Below are positions 49,569 to 58,037 of a stretch of DNA of 64,000 nucleotides, one piece after another (position 1 is the stretch's first letter; every line of letters starts with the position of its first letter). Origin of the DNA: an uncultured virus (IMG/VR IMGVR_UViG_3300009500_000012) (Duplodnaviria; Heunggongvirae; Uroviricota; Caudoviricetes); IMG/VR virus record IMGVR_UViG_3300009500_000012; one strand, 5' to 3'. The notes beneath the pieces were generated by a model. It was not told the origin of the DNA, did not search any database, and worked only from the letters and a program-made list of their open reading frames with translations. A program made the translations under genes and the position numbers.

Positions 49569-49901
49569 TTATTGGGAGAGTAATTGCAAGACTTCTTCTG
49601 TTAAGGTTTTGCCTCGAAACTCAATCCAAATATCATCCCCAGGCCAAAACTCAAAAGTAGCAGTAACATTGTTTGTAATGAATACATCAATGTTAGAAGA
49701 ACCCTTAGCAGGAACAATCTTCACAAAAGCAGGATTCTTTTTGATTTCCCTCTTTGAAGAGAAGAACCCAAAGTGAAGCAGAATCTTCCAGAGAGGAACC
49801 ATGTAAGTCCCTGCATATAATTGAACAGGAGAAGGTTCTAGTACCCATACATTCTTTATCTGCGTAGGCATTAGAATAACCTTCTCCTCTACTTGTTCCA
49901 T
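49569..49901 (-). CDS. hypothetical protein
   Basis: TAATG coupling. Confidence 0.6.
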   Translation of the reverse strand: MEQVEEKVILMPTQIKNVWVLEPSPVQLYAGTYMVPLWKILLHFGFFSSKREIKKNPAFVKIVPAKGSSNIDVFITNNVTATFEFWPGDDIWIEFRGKTLTEEVLQLLSQ

Positions 49902-50344
49902 TACTTGAACGCCTTGGAACCCACAATCCGGTAGTATTCGTCTGCCGTTTGACTCATTCGATTGAGGTCGGAAAGTCCACGAACCTTCTCAAAAGGAGAG
50001 GGACAGGAGCAACCAGAGTCATGGCCCCAATAGACTTCCTTGGTTTCCAAATCTTCCCAAACTACAACCATATCAAATTGATAGGCTTCCTCGGAAAGGT
50101 GAATGACTTTGAGAATCTTCAAACCAACATTCTCAGGACTATAGTAAGGGTTAAAATCAGAATCAATCGTCCAATCGAAGGGTATCTTTTTGATAAATTT
50201 CGTATTATCAAAATCCCACTCGCCCTTTTCATTCAGGGTCATAACGGAACCATCCGCAAAGGTGGCACTTACAATCTGTGATTCCCTGAAACTATCAGTA
50301 CCGATGTTGCAGTTCCCGAAGTTTTCTGCTTGACTAATAATCAT
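49901..50344 (-). CDS. phage hypothetical protein
   Basis: start 50344 after promoter; DSGCSCPSPFE. Confidence 0.7.
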   Translation of the reverse strand: MIISQAENFGNCNIGTDSFRESQIVSATFADGSVMTLNEKGEWDFDNTKFIKKIPFDWTIDSDFNPYYSPENVGLKILKVIHLSEEAYQFDMVVVWEDLETKEVYWGHDSGCSCPSPFEKVRGLSDLNRMSQTADEYYRIVGSKAFK

Positions 50345-50373
50345 AACAAAGACATTATATCGAATTTTTGAAG

Positions 50374-50607
50374 TTATTGCAAGCCCGTATAGACACAAAC
50401 AAAGACAGGTTGGTGCCATAAATTAGAGAAATAGTTGGCAGCAAATTGCGCTTGTGTTGCTATACGAAAAGCATACAAAAGATTCCCTTGTTGAGCAGGA
50501 CACCACAAAATGAAAAAGGTATCAGTTGGGCTTAAAGCGTCAAGAGGAATAAAAGATTCATCAAGCGACACAAAACCAGGAAGATTCTCAGGGAACATAT
50601 TCTTCAA
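50374..50607 (-). CDS. hypothetical protein
   Basis: ends LQ-stop. Confidence 0.5.
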   Translation of the reverse strand: MKNMFPENLPGFVSLDESFIPLDALSPTDTFFILWCPAQQGNLLYAFRIATQAQFAANYFSNLWHQPVFVCVYTGLQ

Positions 50608-50669
50608 TCCTATAATAAATTAGAGTAGTATTGGCATTTGTATACTACTCTAATCTATTCAAGATTGTA

Positions 50670-50843
50670 CTAATCTACTGCTATATGAACGACCTGGACA
50701 CCATTCTTTTCAGCAAGGTTGACACTTACTTCGTAACTCTTCTTTGCCTTGAAAAGAGCAGCAGCCTTTAACTGCGCTTGGTAGGAAGTCTCTGCATAGA
50801 CTTCAATGCGCTTCCCTTTATAGAAACAAATGTAGCCGTTCAC
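50670..50843 (-). CDS. 57 aa phage protein (MNGYICFYKGKRIEVYAETSYQAQ)
   Basis: GGAGGAGG RBS, GTGA overlap. Confidence 0.7.
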   Translation of the reverse strand: MNGYICFYKGKRIEVYAETSYQAQLKAAALFKAKKSYEVSVNLAEKNGVQVVHIAVD

Positions 50844-51109
50844 CATTCTTCCTCCTCCTCAAAGTAATCTTCGTCATACTGTGAATCTTCTAGAAGAGAG
50901 TCGATAACATCTTGAGGTACAGGACTTGCAAGGAGGTCGATATTGATAGCCGACTTTGCAACATTGTAGAGGTCCATTACCTTGAAAGCGATAAGACCAC
51001 CTTTCTCTCCGTAATCGACAACAAGTAACGCCTGTTGTTCTGGACCTTCAGAAAGAAAGGTATCATTATCTCCAAGGAAGGTGTAGATTGCTTCGGGTTC
51101 ATCAGTCAT
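50840..51109 (-). CDS. acidic hypothetical protein
   Basis: coupled. Confidence 0.6.
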   Translation of the reverse strand: MTDEPEAIYTFLGDNDTFLSEGPEQQALLVVDYGEKGGLIAFKVMDLYNVAKSAINIDLLASPVPQDVIDSLLEDSQYDEDYFEEEEEW

Positions 51110-51332
51110 TTAGGGCCAGCACTTCCTTAATTTCGGCATCGAGTTCTTCATCGGTAAAGTTGTCATATCCCTTGAAGCCGTGACGCAACAGCATTTCGAT
51201 GAAGTCCCATTCACCCGTGAGGATACACTTCTCAACCGTATTCGCATCACGGTTGACAAGGAGTTCGACCTTCTCTTCTCTGTTCAATGCGCCTGCGGTG
51301 GCAAGAATGTAGTGGGCTTCTTCTATGTTCAT
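51102..51332 (-). CDS. early hypothetical protein
   Basis: leaderless. Confidence 0.7.
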   Translation of the reverse strand: MNIEEAHYILATAGALNREEKVELLVNRDANTVEKCILTGEWDFIEMLLRHGFKGYDNFTDEELDAEIKEVLALND

Positions 51333-51358
51333 GTATTGATTATACCTTCTCCTTGAAG

Positions 51359-51670
51359 TTAATGCAAACGTCCTAAAGCCAAACCTTCCATAATTTTGTT
51401 TGCCCCATTACGCAAGGTTGCAGCCATTTCCGGGTCTGCGGGAGGTCGCACGTACTGCTTACCAAGGTATGGACGATGTTCATACGTATACACTCTAGGA
51501 GTAGGGTTTTCTAACTCCTTAGCAAGCCCAAAAGCAGCCATAAACACTTCAGCCCAAAGTTTTGCCGTTTTAGCATCACGACGCGCCTTGGCAATACGTT
51601 TACGGCGACCAGAGAGTTTTCTCTGCCATCGTCCTTGCGAATTCTGTTTGATAAACTGTGAGGCTGTCAT
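51359..51670 (-). CDS. basic early protein
   Basis: promoter upstream; ends LH-stop (TTGCATTAA). Confidence 0.7.
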   Translation of the reverse strand: MTASQFIKQNSQGRWQRKLSGRRKRIAKARRDAKTAKLWAEVFMAAFGLAKELENPTPRVYTYEHRPYLGKQYVRPPADPEMAATLRNGANKIMEGLALGRLH

Positions 51671-51769
51671 AACTGAATCATTATATCATGAGAATGAAGT
51701 TATTGCAACCATCATTCAATTTATAATAGAAACGAAAAAGAAAGAGGACCGATGAAGGCCCTCTTAAGT

Positions 51770-51970
51770 TTATGCTACGGCTGCTTCTTCTTGGACGATT
51801 ATGATGGGTTCTGCCGGAATGACTTTGATACCCTTGGGCAGGCTAGAGAAGTTGAATCCATTGGGGAGAGGCTTATGAAACCCCTCGCACTTGGTGAGGT
51901 CTTTGCGGGTCGTGGTGGTGCCTGCAAGAACGCCACGAATGAAGATTTTCTGAATCTTGGTGGTAGCCAT
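51770..51970 (-). CDS. hypothetical protein
   Basis: GAGGAG RBS. Confidence 0.6.
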   Translation of the reverse strand: MATTKIQKIFIRGVLAGTTTTRKDLTKCEGFHKPLPNGFNFSSLPKGIKVIPAEPIIIVQEEAAVA

Positions 51971-51989
51971 CTAATTTATTCTCCTCTAG

Positions 51990-52211
51990 TTAGAAACAGC
52001 ATTCTTCCGTGCAACCTTCACGGTGAAATGCAATGAAGTAATAATGGTCATTAAGTTTTTCTTCTGAAAAGTGTTCAGAATAGGGATTGTAATATCGAGA
52101 ACCCCCACTACGGTAACTCCCAAAATTTTCAATCCAGCGAAGAAGTGCTTTAACTTTTTGCACTTCGGTAAGACCTTCGCCTCGGCGAATAGTATATTTG
52201 ACTTCTTCCAT
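51990..52211 (-). CDS. early hypothetical protein
   Basis: leaderless. Confidence 0.7.
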   Translation of the reverse strand: MEEVKYTIRRGEGLTEVQKVKALLRWIENFGSYRSGGSRYYNPYSEHFSEEKLNDHYYFIAFHREGCTEECCF

Positions 52212-52252
52212 AAACCTATCTTATCAAGTTTTTGAAGTTATTGCAAGCCGAC

Positions 52253-52615
52253 TTACTTGCGCTTGGACTTCTGTTTAGAAACCGATTCGATGAAGGAATG
52301 TTTGAACTTTGTGCTGTTATTACATTCCTTCTTAAAAGCATTGACCAAGAATTCATAGAATTCCATAATGGTCATTTTCTTAATCTCTTCTACTCGGGGT
52401 AGAATTAGTCTAAACATGAAGTCATGAGAAATCAGGTAATCATACATTTCGTCAAAATCAAAACGCATATTACCTTTGGTAGTTGTTACATTGAAATCTT
52501 GTAGATATGAACTACCAAAGTCACAAGTTTCACAACCTGAATACTGGCTATGTTCCTCAGAGAAGTTGAGAATGTCACCATCTACTAGTGACAACAAGGG
52601 TTTATCATCTTGCAT
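52253..52615 (-). CDS. hypothetical protein
   Basis: GCETCDFGS. Confidence 0.65.
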   Translation of the reverse strand: MQDDKPLLSLVDGDILNFSEEHSQYSGCETCDFGSSYLQDFNVTTTKGNMRFDFDEMYDYLISHDFMFRLILPRVEEIKKMTIMEFYEFLVNAFKKECNNSTKFKHSFIESVSKQKSKRK

Positions 52616-52616
52616 C

Positions 52617-52874
52617 TTAATTCTTACTCACAAATGGAAGGCAGGAAGGAATATATTCATCTGCAATGTTACCATTCATGATGAATTTTGTTTTATGCAC
52701 CTTCGTCAAATATGCTTTTTGCATAAGTTGATAGATGCGCTGTTGCACAAGAATTTGGAGGTCCTCATGCTTATCAAAGTCTGCATCGGAGCAACGGCCC
52801 ACACGAATAGCAGCCTCTTTTATTTCTTGGTAGGCTTGAGCAGTAATCTTGCGCTGTTCTTGTATGCTTAACAT
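52617..52874 (-). CDS. early hypothetical protein
   Basis: leaderless. Confidence 0.65.
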   Translation of the reverse strand: MLSIQEQRKITAQAYQEIKEAAIRVGRCSDADFDKHEDLQILVQQRIYQLMQKAYLTKVHKTKFIMNGNIADEYIPSCLPFVSKN

Positions 52875-52900
52875 ATACTGATAATAAACCTTTCTTGAAG

Positions 52901-53278
52901 TTAAGTCAAACGCCTTCGGCCTGCTCCACCTTCGCGACGAACCAAAACTTTCCTACCAATCTCTTGCCGAATTACCAAACCATCCGGGGTAAGTTTGTCT
53001 AAAAATTCAACCTTATGTTCACGGGCAGCAGCAAATTCTTCAAGCCCTGGTTTATTAAACTTATGAGCCCTATTATGAGAAGCATTACAGAACCATTCTG
53101 TTTGGTGATATGCACCACCATTCTTGGTGTTCCGAATGATAATTTTCTTACATTTCCACCATGCACATCGGCGAACAATAAACCTAGTCCCAAGAGCATT
53201 ACTACATTGTACGCAAAGCAGTTTGCATGAAGTGTAATGCTTACCGCAGTAGAGACAGGTTCTATGTTTAGAGGGCAT
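52901..53278 (-). CDS. Cys-rich Zn-finger protein
   Basis: CLYC, CVQC; ends LT-stop. Confidence 0.6.
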   Translation of the reverse strand: MPSKHRTCLYCGKHYTSCKLLCVQCSNALGTRFIVRRCAWWKCKKIIIRNTKNGGAYHQTEWFCNASHNRAHKFNKPGLEEFAAAREHKVEFLDKLTPDGLVIRQEIGRKVLVRREGGAGRRRLT

Positions 53279-53504
53279 AGTGGTACTACTATTATTGTTC
53301 TATAATAAATTGAAACAGTTATTTCTTTTTTTCAGAAATAATTCCGATGTATTTCCCGGTGTTCTCATCAAAGCGCACTTCTTTGACTTGAATCAATCCA
53401 TTCATACAAATTTGTTGGAGTTGCTTCTGAAGAGTATAGAAGTCATGGTAGTCATCCACAGCGACTTCGGTTCCGTCTTTAATTGTCATTGCCATAAGAT
53501 AACT

Positions 53505-53696
53505 CTACACCTTTTCTTTAGAAAAAGCAAACCCTGCAAGGAAGGCTTCGGCAAGGTCCTCCTCCGTATAGACCATAGCAAGGTTGCTATTCATGAAGTC
53601 CCAAGGAGCCCGCTTCTTCAAAGCGAATCGGCGGGCTTGGGCAGCAACTTCCTTGGATGGAGCCTTCTTCAAGGCTCGCAATTCATCGAGAGGCAT
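53505..53696 (-). CDS. hypothetical protein
   Basis: 63 aa. Confidence 0.5.
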   Translation of the reverse strand: MPLDELRALKKAPSKEVAAQARRFALKKRAPWDFMNSNLAMVYTEEDLAEAFLAGFAFSKEKV

Positions 53697-53747
53697 GAAT
53701 CAACTTTCTGATAAATTGCTTGAAGCAGTAGTCACATTTGCACATTG

Positions 53748-54578
53748 TTAGTTCCCCGTCAAGGCGAGTCGATTGTTACCGAACTCATGCTGAATCTTCA
53801 TAGACTTACCACGTTCTTGACCACCAGCATAACCATTCCAACTCAGGTTACGCTTGGGGGGTTTAGCAGAGCCAGCCGAAGTGAAGGCAGCATTAAAGGC
53901 GTCATTTAACTTCTTTTCTTTGACGATAACTAAGGCATTGCCCCGTTCTTCGTCATCGGCAATATCATTGCGACGGCCAGCCTCAAACCTTGCAAGAATA
54001 GTTGCCACGATACCATACCGATAGGAGCGTTTCCAATCATTCTCGTTCGTGAAGGGGTTAAGGTCTTTCTCAACCTTCCAAGCATTGCGGGTAGCGACAA
54101 TGATTTCGTTCTCAAGATACTTGTAAAGCGCCTTGACAACTTCAACATTAGTAGGTTGACCCACGATGCCAATGAAGCCCGAACTTTTAGCAGCACCGTT
54201 CTTGCGAACTTCACCATTCTTCTTCTTGGAAGGGCCTTGGCTAATCAAACGGATAATCTTGCAGAAGTTATACTTCGCGATGACGCCAACCAACTGTTCA
54301 CGCCAACCAACAGCATCATAAGAAGGCTTATTATTGCGTTGGTTCTTGCTACGTTTAGGACGGAGGTCCCATTCTTCAGCCGTGAAGGGTTCTTCGTACA
54401 ACTCTTCAATGTCGGGAATATCCGCCATGTCGATATTATGCTTGAAGAGTAGACGAGAGATAGCAGCCGCCGCAGCCGCTGCTTCACCTTCAGACTTCGC
54501 GCCTTCCTTCAATGCGTTGAGTTTCGCAATGCGGGCACGAATTTCGTTCATCTGGTCGTTTAGTGCGCTATTATTCAT
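53748..54578 (-). CDS. DUF2786-domain protein
   Basis: RIAKLNAL..EGEAAAA..RLLFKHNI; SYRYG; GY.GG..RG. Confidence 0.8.
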   Translation of the reverse strand: MNNSALNDQMNEIRARIAKLNALKEGAKSEGEAAAAAAAISRLLFKHNIDMADIPDIEELYEEPFTAEEWDLRPKRSKNQRNNKPSYDAVGWREQLVGVIAKYNFCKIIRLISQGPSKKKNGEVRKNGAAKSSGFIGIVGQPTNVEVVKALYKYLENEIIVATRNAWKVEKDLNPFTNENDWKRSYRYGIVATILARFEAGRRNDIADDEERGNALVIVKEKKLNDAFNAAFTSAGSAKPPKRNLSWNGYAGGQERGKSMKIQHEFGNNRLALTGN

Positions 54579-54604
54579 AAACCCATTCTATCAAGAATAG
54601 AAAG

Positions 54605-55147
54605 TTATTGCAAGCCGGTTGTCGCTTCTACTCCACTCATAATCTTGCCATTGGCAATAATCATGCTAGGAGCATAGCCTCCTTTGCAAACATTCAACCA
54701 TTGTTCATAGGTAGCAGTAGAGTAAGCCCCTGCATTGGCCCCGGTTTCTGCAAGCCATTTAGCCAAGGCTTCTGCGGTTGGAAACACAGGTGAAATAGGG
54801 GTCCCTTCAGTAACAGTTTCAAACATCATGTAATGAGTTTGCTGTTCCTTGGGAATCAACATATAATCAGAGGCTTGAGGCGGTTCACCATACCATTCTG
54901 AAAATGTTGCACAACTCTCTTCTACAGACTTAGGAACAAAATCCCCGCTAACCCAATCAAGTGTATAGCCTTTTTTCCATTGCGCCTTTTGTAATTTATA
55001 CTGTGCAACGGTTTCGGCAAATTTTTCAGGGGTTGCATAAAAAAGAGGTTTAAATCGACCTCGTAAACGTGGGTGTTCCCAAGTCTCCTCTTCACTATAA
55101 ACAGGATGAACGTAATCTGCGGGCACCATTCGTACTTCTCTTCCCAT
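54605..55147 (-). CDS. phage hypothetical protein
   Basis: MGREVRMVP..ETVTEGTPISPVF; ends LQ-stop. Confidence 0.75.
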   Translation of the reverse strand: MGREVRMVPADYVHPVYSEEETWEHPRLRGRFKPLFYATPEKFAETVAQYKLQKAQWKKGYTLDWVSGDFVPKSVEESCATFSEWYGEPPQASDYMLIPKEQQTHYMMFETVTEGTPISPVFPTAEALAKWLAETGANAGAYSTATYEQWLNVCKGGYAPSMIIANGKIMSGVEATTGLQ

Positions 55148-55214
55148 GATTTTATCCTACACCTTTTCTAAAGAAATTACAAATTGGGATTTAGTATATT
55201 ATAAATTGAATCCA

Positions 55215-55562
55215 CTAATTGCGGGTTGCCGTAACAAGCAAGCCGCGAACATCGGGAATTCTAACAGAAATATTCGGATTCCAAAGAGTCAACTGATTGC
55301 CATGTTTGAGGTAATCAGGAGTTTCTTCAGAATAGCGAAACCTTGGATATTTGTTTCTGTTGCTTTTACAGTCAAAGCAAATGCTATTCGCTTGTCTATC
55401 TTGAGCGGTGTAGGAACCTGTAGTAAGGTAGTCCTCTCGGTCGCAAGTATCACAGAACCCGAAGGTAGCAGTAACCCCAGAAACATGAGATACCATCTTT
55501 GTGTGATAATTGATAACTGTTTTCATTATGACCAAGGACATTCCTTCCAGGCTTTGAGCCAT
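55215..55562 (-). CDS. hypothetical protein (start uncertain)
   Basis: CDTC, CFDC. Confidence 0.5.
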   Translation of the reverse strand: MAQSLEGMSLVIMKTVINYHTKMVSHVSGVTATFGFCDTCDREDYLTTGSYTAQDRQANSICFDCKSNRNKYPRFRYSEETPDYLKHGNQLTLWNPNISVRIPDVRGLLVTATRN

Positions 55563-55909
55563 GCTTCCATCGGTTTACCATTGCCAATGGTTTGAGGAAG
55601 TTTCATGCTTTCTTTGTAGCAATCCTTACAGTATGGTTGCCCGAATTGGGGAGGATTCGGATGCGCTTTACAATGCATAGGCATTTTTGCTTCAAATGCA
55701 CAAGAGAGAATGAACCATTTATCAGGATTCCCATTCTCACTCATCATACATTTTTCGGGACTCAGAGTTAGTTGAAGGTGATAGCCAACTTTATATAGTT
55801 CGGCCTTCGTCTCTTCATACTTCTGAGGGGAAACAATAAGAGCATCTACCCAATACTCATTGTTCATTCCGCCCCACTTCTTTTTAACTAATTGAATGTC
55901 CATACTCAA
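55526..55909 (-). CDS. early hypothetical protein (start likely 55903)
   Basis: promoter upstream. Confidence 0.65.
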   Translation of the reverse strand: MSMDIQLVKKKWGGMNNEYWVDALIVSPQKYEETKAELYKVGYHLQLTLSPEKCMMSENGNPDKWFILSCAFEAKMPMHCKAHPNPPQFGQPYCKDCYKESMKLPQTIGNGKPMEAWLKAWKECPWS

Positions 55910-56064
55910 ATTATAGCATTCATTTTTAGTTTAATCAAATGAATGGGGTATGATACCGACCGCTGAAAGGTCCTTATTATGGAGAACCGTAGTCTTTTCA
56001 GGGTATGCTTCCCATGCTGCCTTGAATGCTACATAGGCCCACAGAAATCTGCGAATTATATCGG

Positions 56065-56358
56065 TCATTTGCCGACGTTATCGCCAAAGAGTTTCTTGAG
56101 GGTTTCGATAGGACCGAAGGCGCTGAAATAATTATCTTTGTATGAGCCCTTGTAATCCCATACACCACAACGCACTCCGTCAACTGTAAAGCCCCAGGAG
56201 TATTTAACTTTGTAGGGGTCATCCTTGCAATTAGCAGGGAAACCAATAATACTTTTGATTTGTGAGGCACTCAAACCTTTAATGGTATATTGAGCGTGGT
56301 CCCCGGCTTCATCTACAGGGAGGACGACAGGTTTTTTATCATCGGTATTATTATTCAT
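56065..56358 (-). CDS. early hypothetical protein
   Basis: TATAAT-6-ATG 56358; DPYKV..W..WDYK. Confidence 0.75.
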   Translation of the reverse strand: MNNNTDDKKPVVLPVDEAGDHAQYTIKGLSASQIKSIIGFPANCKDDPYKVKYSWGFTVDGVRCGVWDYKGSYKDNYFSAFGPIETLKKLFGDNVGK

Positions 56359-56439
56359 GTACCCATTATATCTTTTAGTGAGAGTTTTTGCAAATTCTTC
56401 CAAAGATTTTGATATATGTTCCATTTATTATAGCCTTTA

Positions 56440-56557
56440 TGGTGGAAATAGAAGGATTCGAACCTTCATATAGTTGACACAAGTATCGCGAATACCTGGT
56501 GAGAAGAGACTAGTATTCTCTGTCAACCTGTTTTAATACCACTTAAACTATATTTCC
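56440..56557 (-). ncRNA. tRNA-like RNA (118 nt, CCA encoded) with branched two-hairpin domain instead of an anticodon loop
   Basis: GGAAATA/TATTTCC, D arm GTTT..AAAC, GGTTGACA/TGTCAACT, GAAGG-TTCGAAT-CCTTC, ACCA. Confidence 0.85.
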
Positions 56558-56906
56558 CATAAAGAGGGCATCATGTCCTTTCCCCTCAGTCTTGCATTGA
56601 AATACAACCCGGTAAGATTGCCCTCGCGTTTCTTGCGGTCATGGGGCGTCTTATCTTAGTAGCAAGTCTTAAAAATTTGGGGCAATCCGGTAACGCCAAG
56701 AGGTTGCAACCCCTTTTTGCTTCCCATACGTAGCACATACGATTCGGGTTCCTCACAAGCCGCATTGCCATGCCTTGTGAGTCCTGCCTGCCCTGGTTTG
56801 TCCGAGAGCCGTAAGAATTCTTGAATGGACAGGAATCATTCAAGTTGAGTTACGCAGAGGACCAGGATGTAAGGACTTCCGTTTCATGAACCGGCTAGAA
56901 CCTTAC
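56558..56906 (-). ncRNA. putative large structured ncRNA (~350 nt)
   Basis: promoter 56913-56941; stems GTAAGG/CCTTAC, CTTGAATG/CATTCAAG, CTCACAAG/CTTGTGAG, GATTGCCC/GGGCAATC. Confidence 0.65.
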
Positions 56907-56944
56907 AAACTCATTATACTATTTGAATTTAGTTTTGTCAATTT

Positions 56945-57119
56945 AGATAATCGCCTCGGTGGAGGTTAGGCTCCTCCAATATCCCTTAACTCTCGCCATG
57001 TTTTTCCTTGCGGAACCCATCTGCTTCAAACGAGCGCAGGCTGATAGACTTCGGTTGTCTATCTTAGGGCCTCTTTATTTTATTATCCGATACTACCGAA
57101 TTTATTCCGGCGACCATCT
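56945..57119 (-). ncRNA. putative 175-nt ncRNA closed by 11-bp terminal stem
   Basis: promoter 57126-57154; AGATGGTCGCC/GGCGATTATCT; internal hairpins. Confidence 0.7.
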
Positions 57120-57213
57120 AAAACTATTATGCCATTTTCATTTAGTTTTGTCAAGTACGGTTCCAACAGTAGGCGTGGAGAAAAAGTAGACGCCTAGTTT
57201 TACTATGATACGC

Positions 57214-57396
57214 TAGGGCATACAGGGCTCGAACCTATATTTCCCGATGTTCCCCCAAGCACAAACCGCCAAGTCTGAGCCACCTAATCATTCTCTTGCT
57301 TACTTTTTCGTAGTTGGCGCTAGGAATTTCAGCATGGATTGATTCAGATTCAAGGGGTACTAGTCAAGGCGTTTTGTCCATTTAAACGAATGCCCC
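57214..57396 (-). ncRNA. tRNA-like RNA (183 nt) with ~100 nt insertion in anticodon arm
   Basis: GGGGCAT/ATGCCCT, D arm GTTT-AAATGGACA-AAAC, ATAGG-TTCGAGC-CCTGT. Confidence 0.75.
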
Positions 57397-57631
57397 ATTC
57401 CCGTATCACGCCCATTGGACTGATTACTACACCTTCTGTAGTTTGATTTGAGAAGGTTTTCCTACTTCTCACCGGGTCGAGACATGTCCCGGAGGCTAGT
57501 TGTAGCGTCCCATTTAAGGGATACCAATGAACTCGAAGCACCGTGGGAGTATCTCATTGGCTGTCAGCAACGTCGTCTTGGGTGCTACCTGCTTCTCGGT
57601 TATTTTGTGACCAAGCGTTTCCGCTCACCAC
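57397..57631 (-). ncRNA. putative multi-hairpin ncRNA (~235 nt)
   Basis: promoter 57638-57666; GAGCG-GAAA-CGCTT, CCAATGA/TCATTGG, CCGGG/CCCGG, TGAGAAG/CTTCTCA, ACTACA/TGTAGT. Confidence 0.6.
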
Positions 57632-57752
57632 ATTTATATCTTATACTATTTGGAGAGTTTTGTCAAATCCTTTTTGTTTAATTCAAAAAAGAATCTCCTG
57701 CCATGACGCCATGAAACTTTATGACTCTTGCAGGAGCAATAATTGAAACGCT

Positions 57753-58037
57753 TCAAACTGTCCCCTTCTCAACTGCATAAATATACGCAGCAGAATCTTT
57801 ACGACTTGAAGTAGGAGAAGAATCTGAATACAACTCTTTATAATCCGCAGGACGCCCAGCAGCAAGGTTCTCTGCTCGTCTACGCTTGATTAAGGCTTTC
57901 TGTCTAGCAATAGCCTCCGCATCTTCAGGACCCAACAGAGCGGCAAGGAAGCCATCTACAATGCCATTTGCAGCATCTTCTTCAATGGTAGTCTCTCGCT
58001 TTGGTTGAAGGTCTACTTCGATATATTTCATTTTCAA
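57753..58037 (-). CDS. early hypothetical protein
   Basis: promoter at 58042-58070; terminator downstream. Confidence 0.65.
   Translation of the reverse strand: MKMKYIEVDLQPKRETTIEEDAANGIVDGFLAALLGPEDAEAIARQKALIKRRRAENLAAGRPADYKELYSDSSPTSSRKDSAAYIYAVEKGTV

Noticed and set aside
56586..56843. 85 aa minus-strand ORF
   Set aside because: No RBS, not at +1, start buried in a stem; the region is better explained as structured RNA
57214..57396. tmRNA or group I intron-containing tRNA
   Set aside because: No G3-U70, D stem present, insert too short, no recognisable intron core
57350..57541. 63 aa minus-strand ORF
   Set aside because: Runs into the tRNA-like element; no initiation signal
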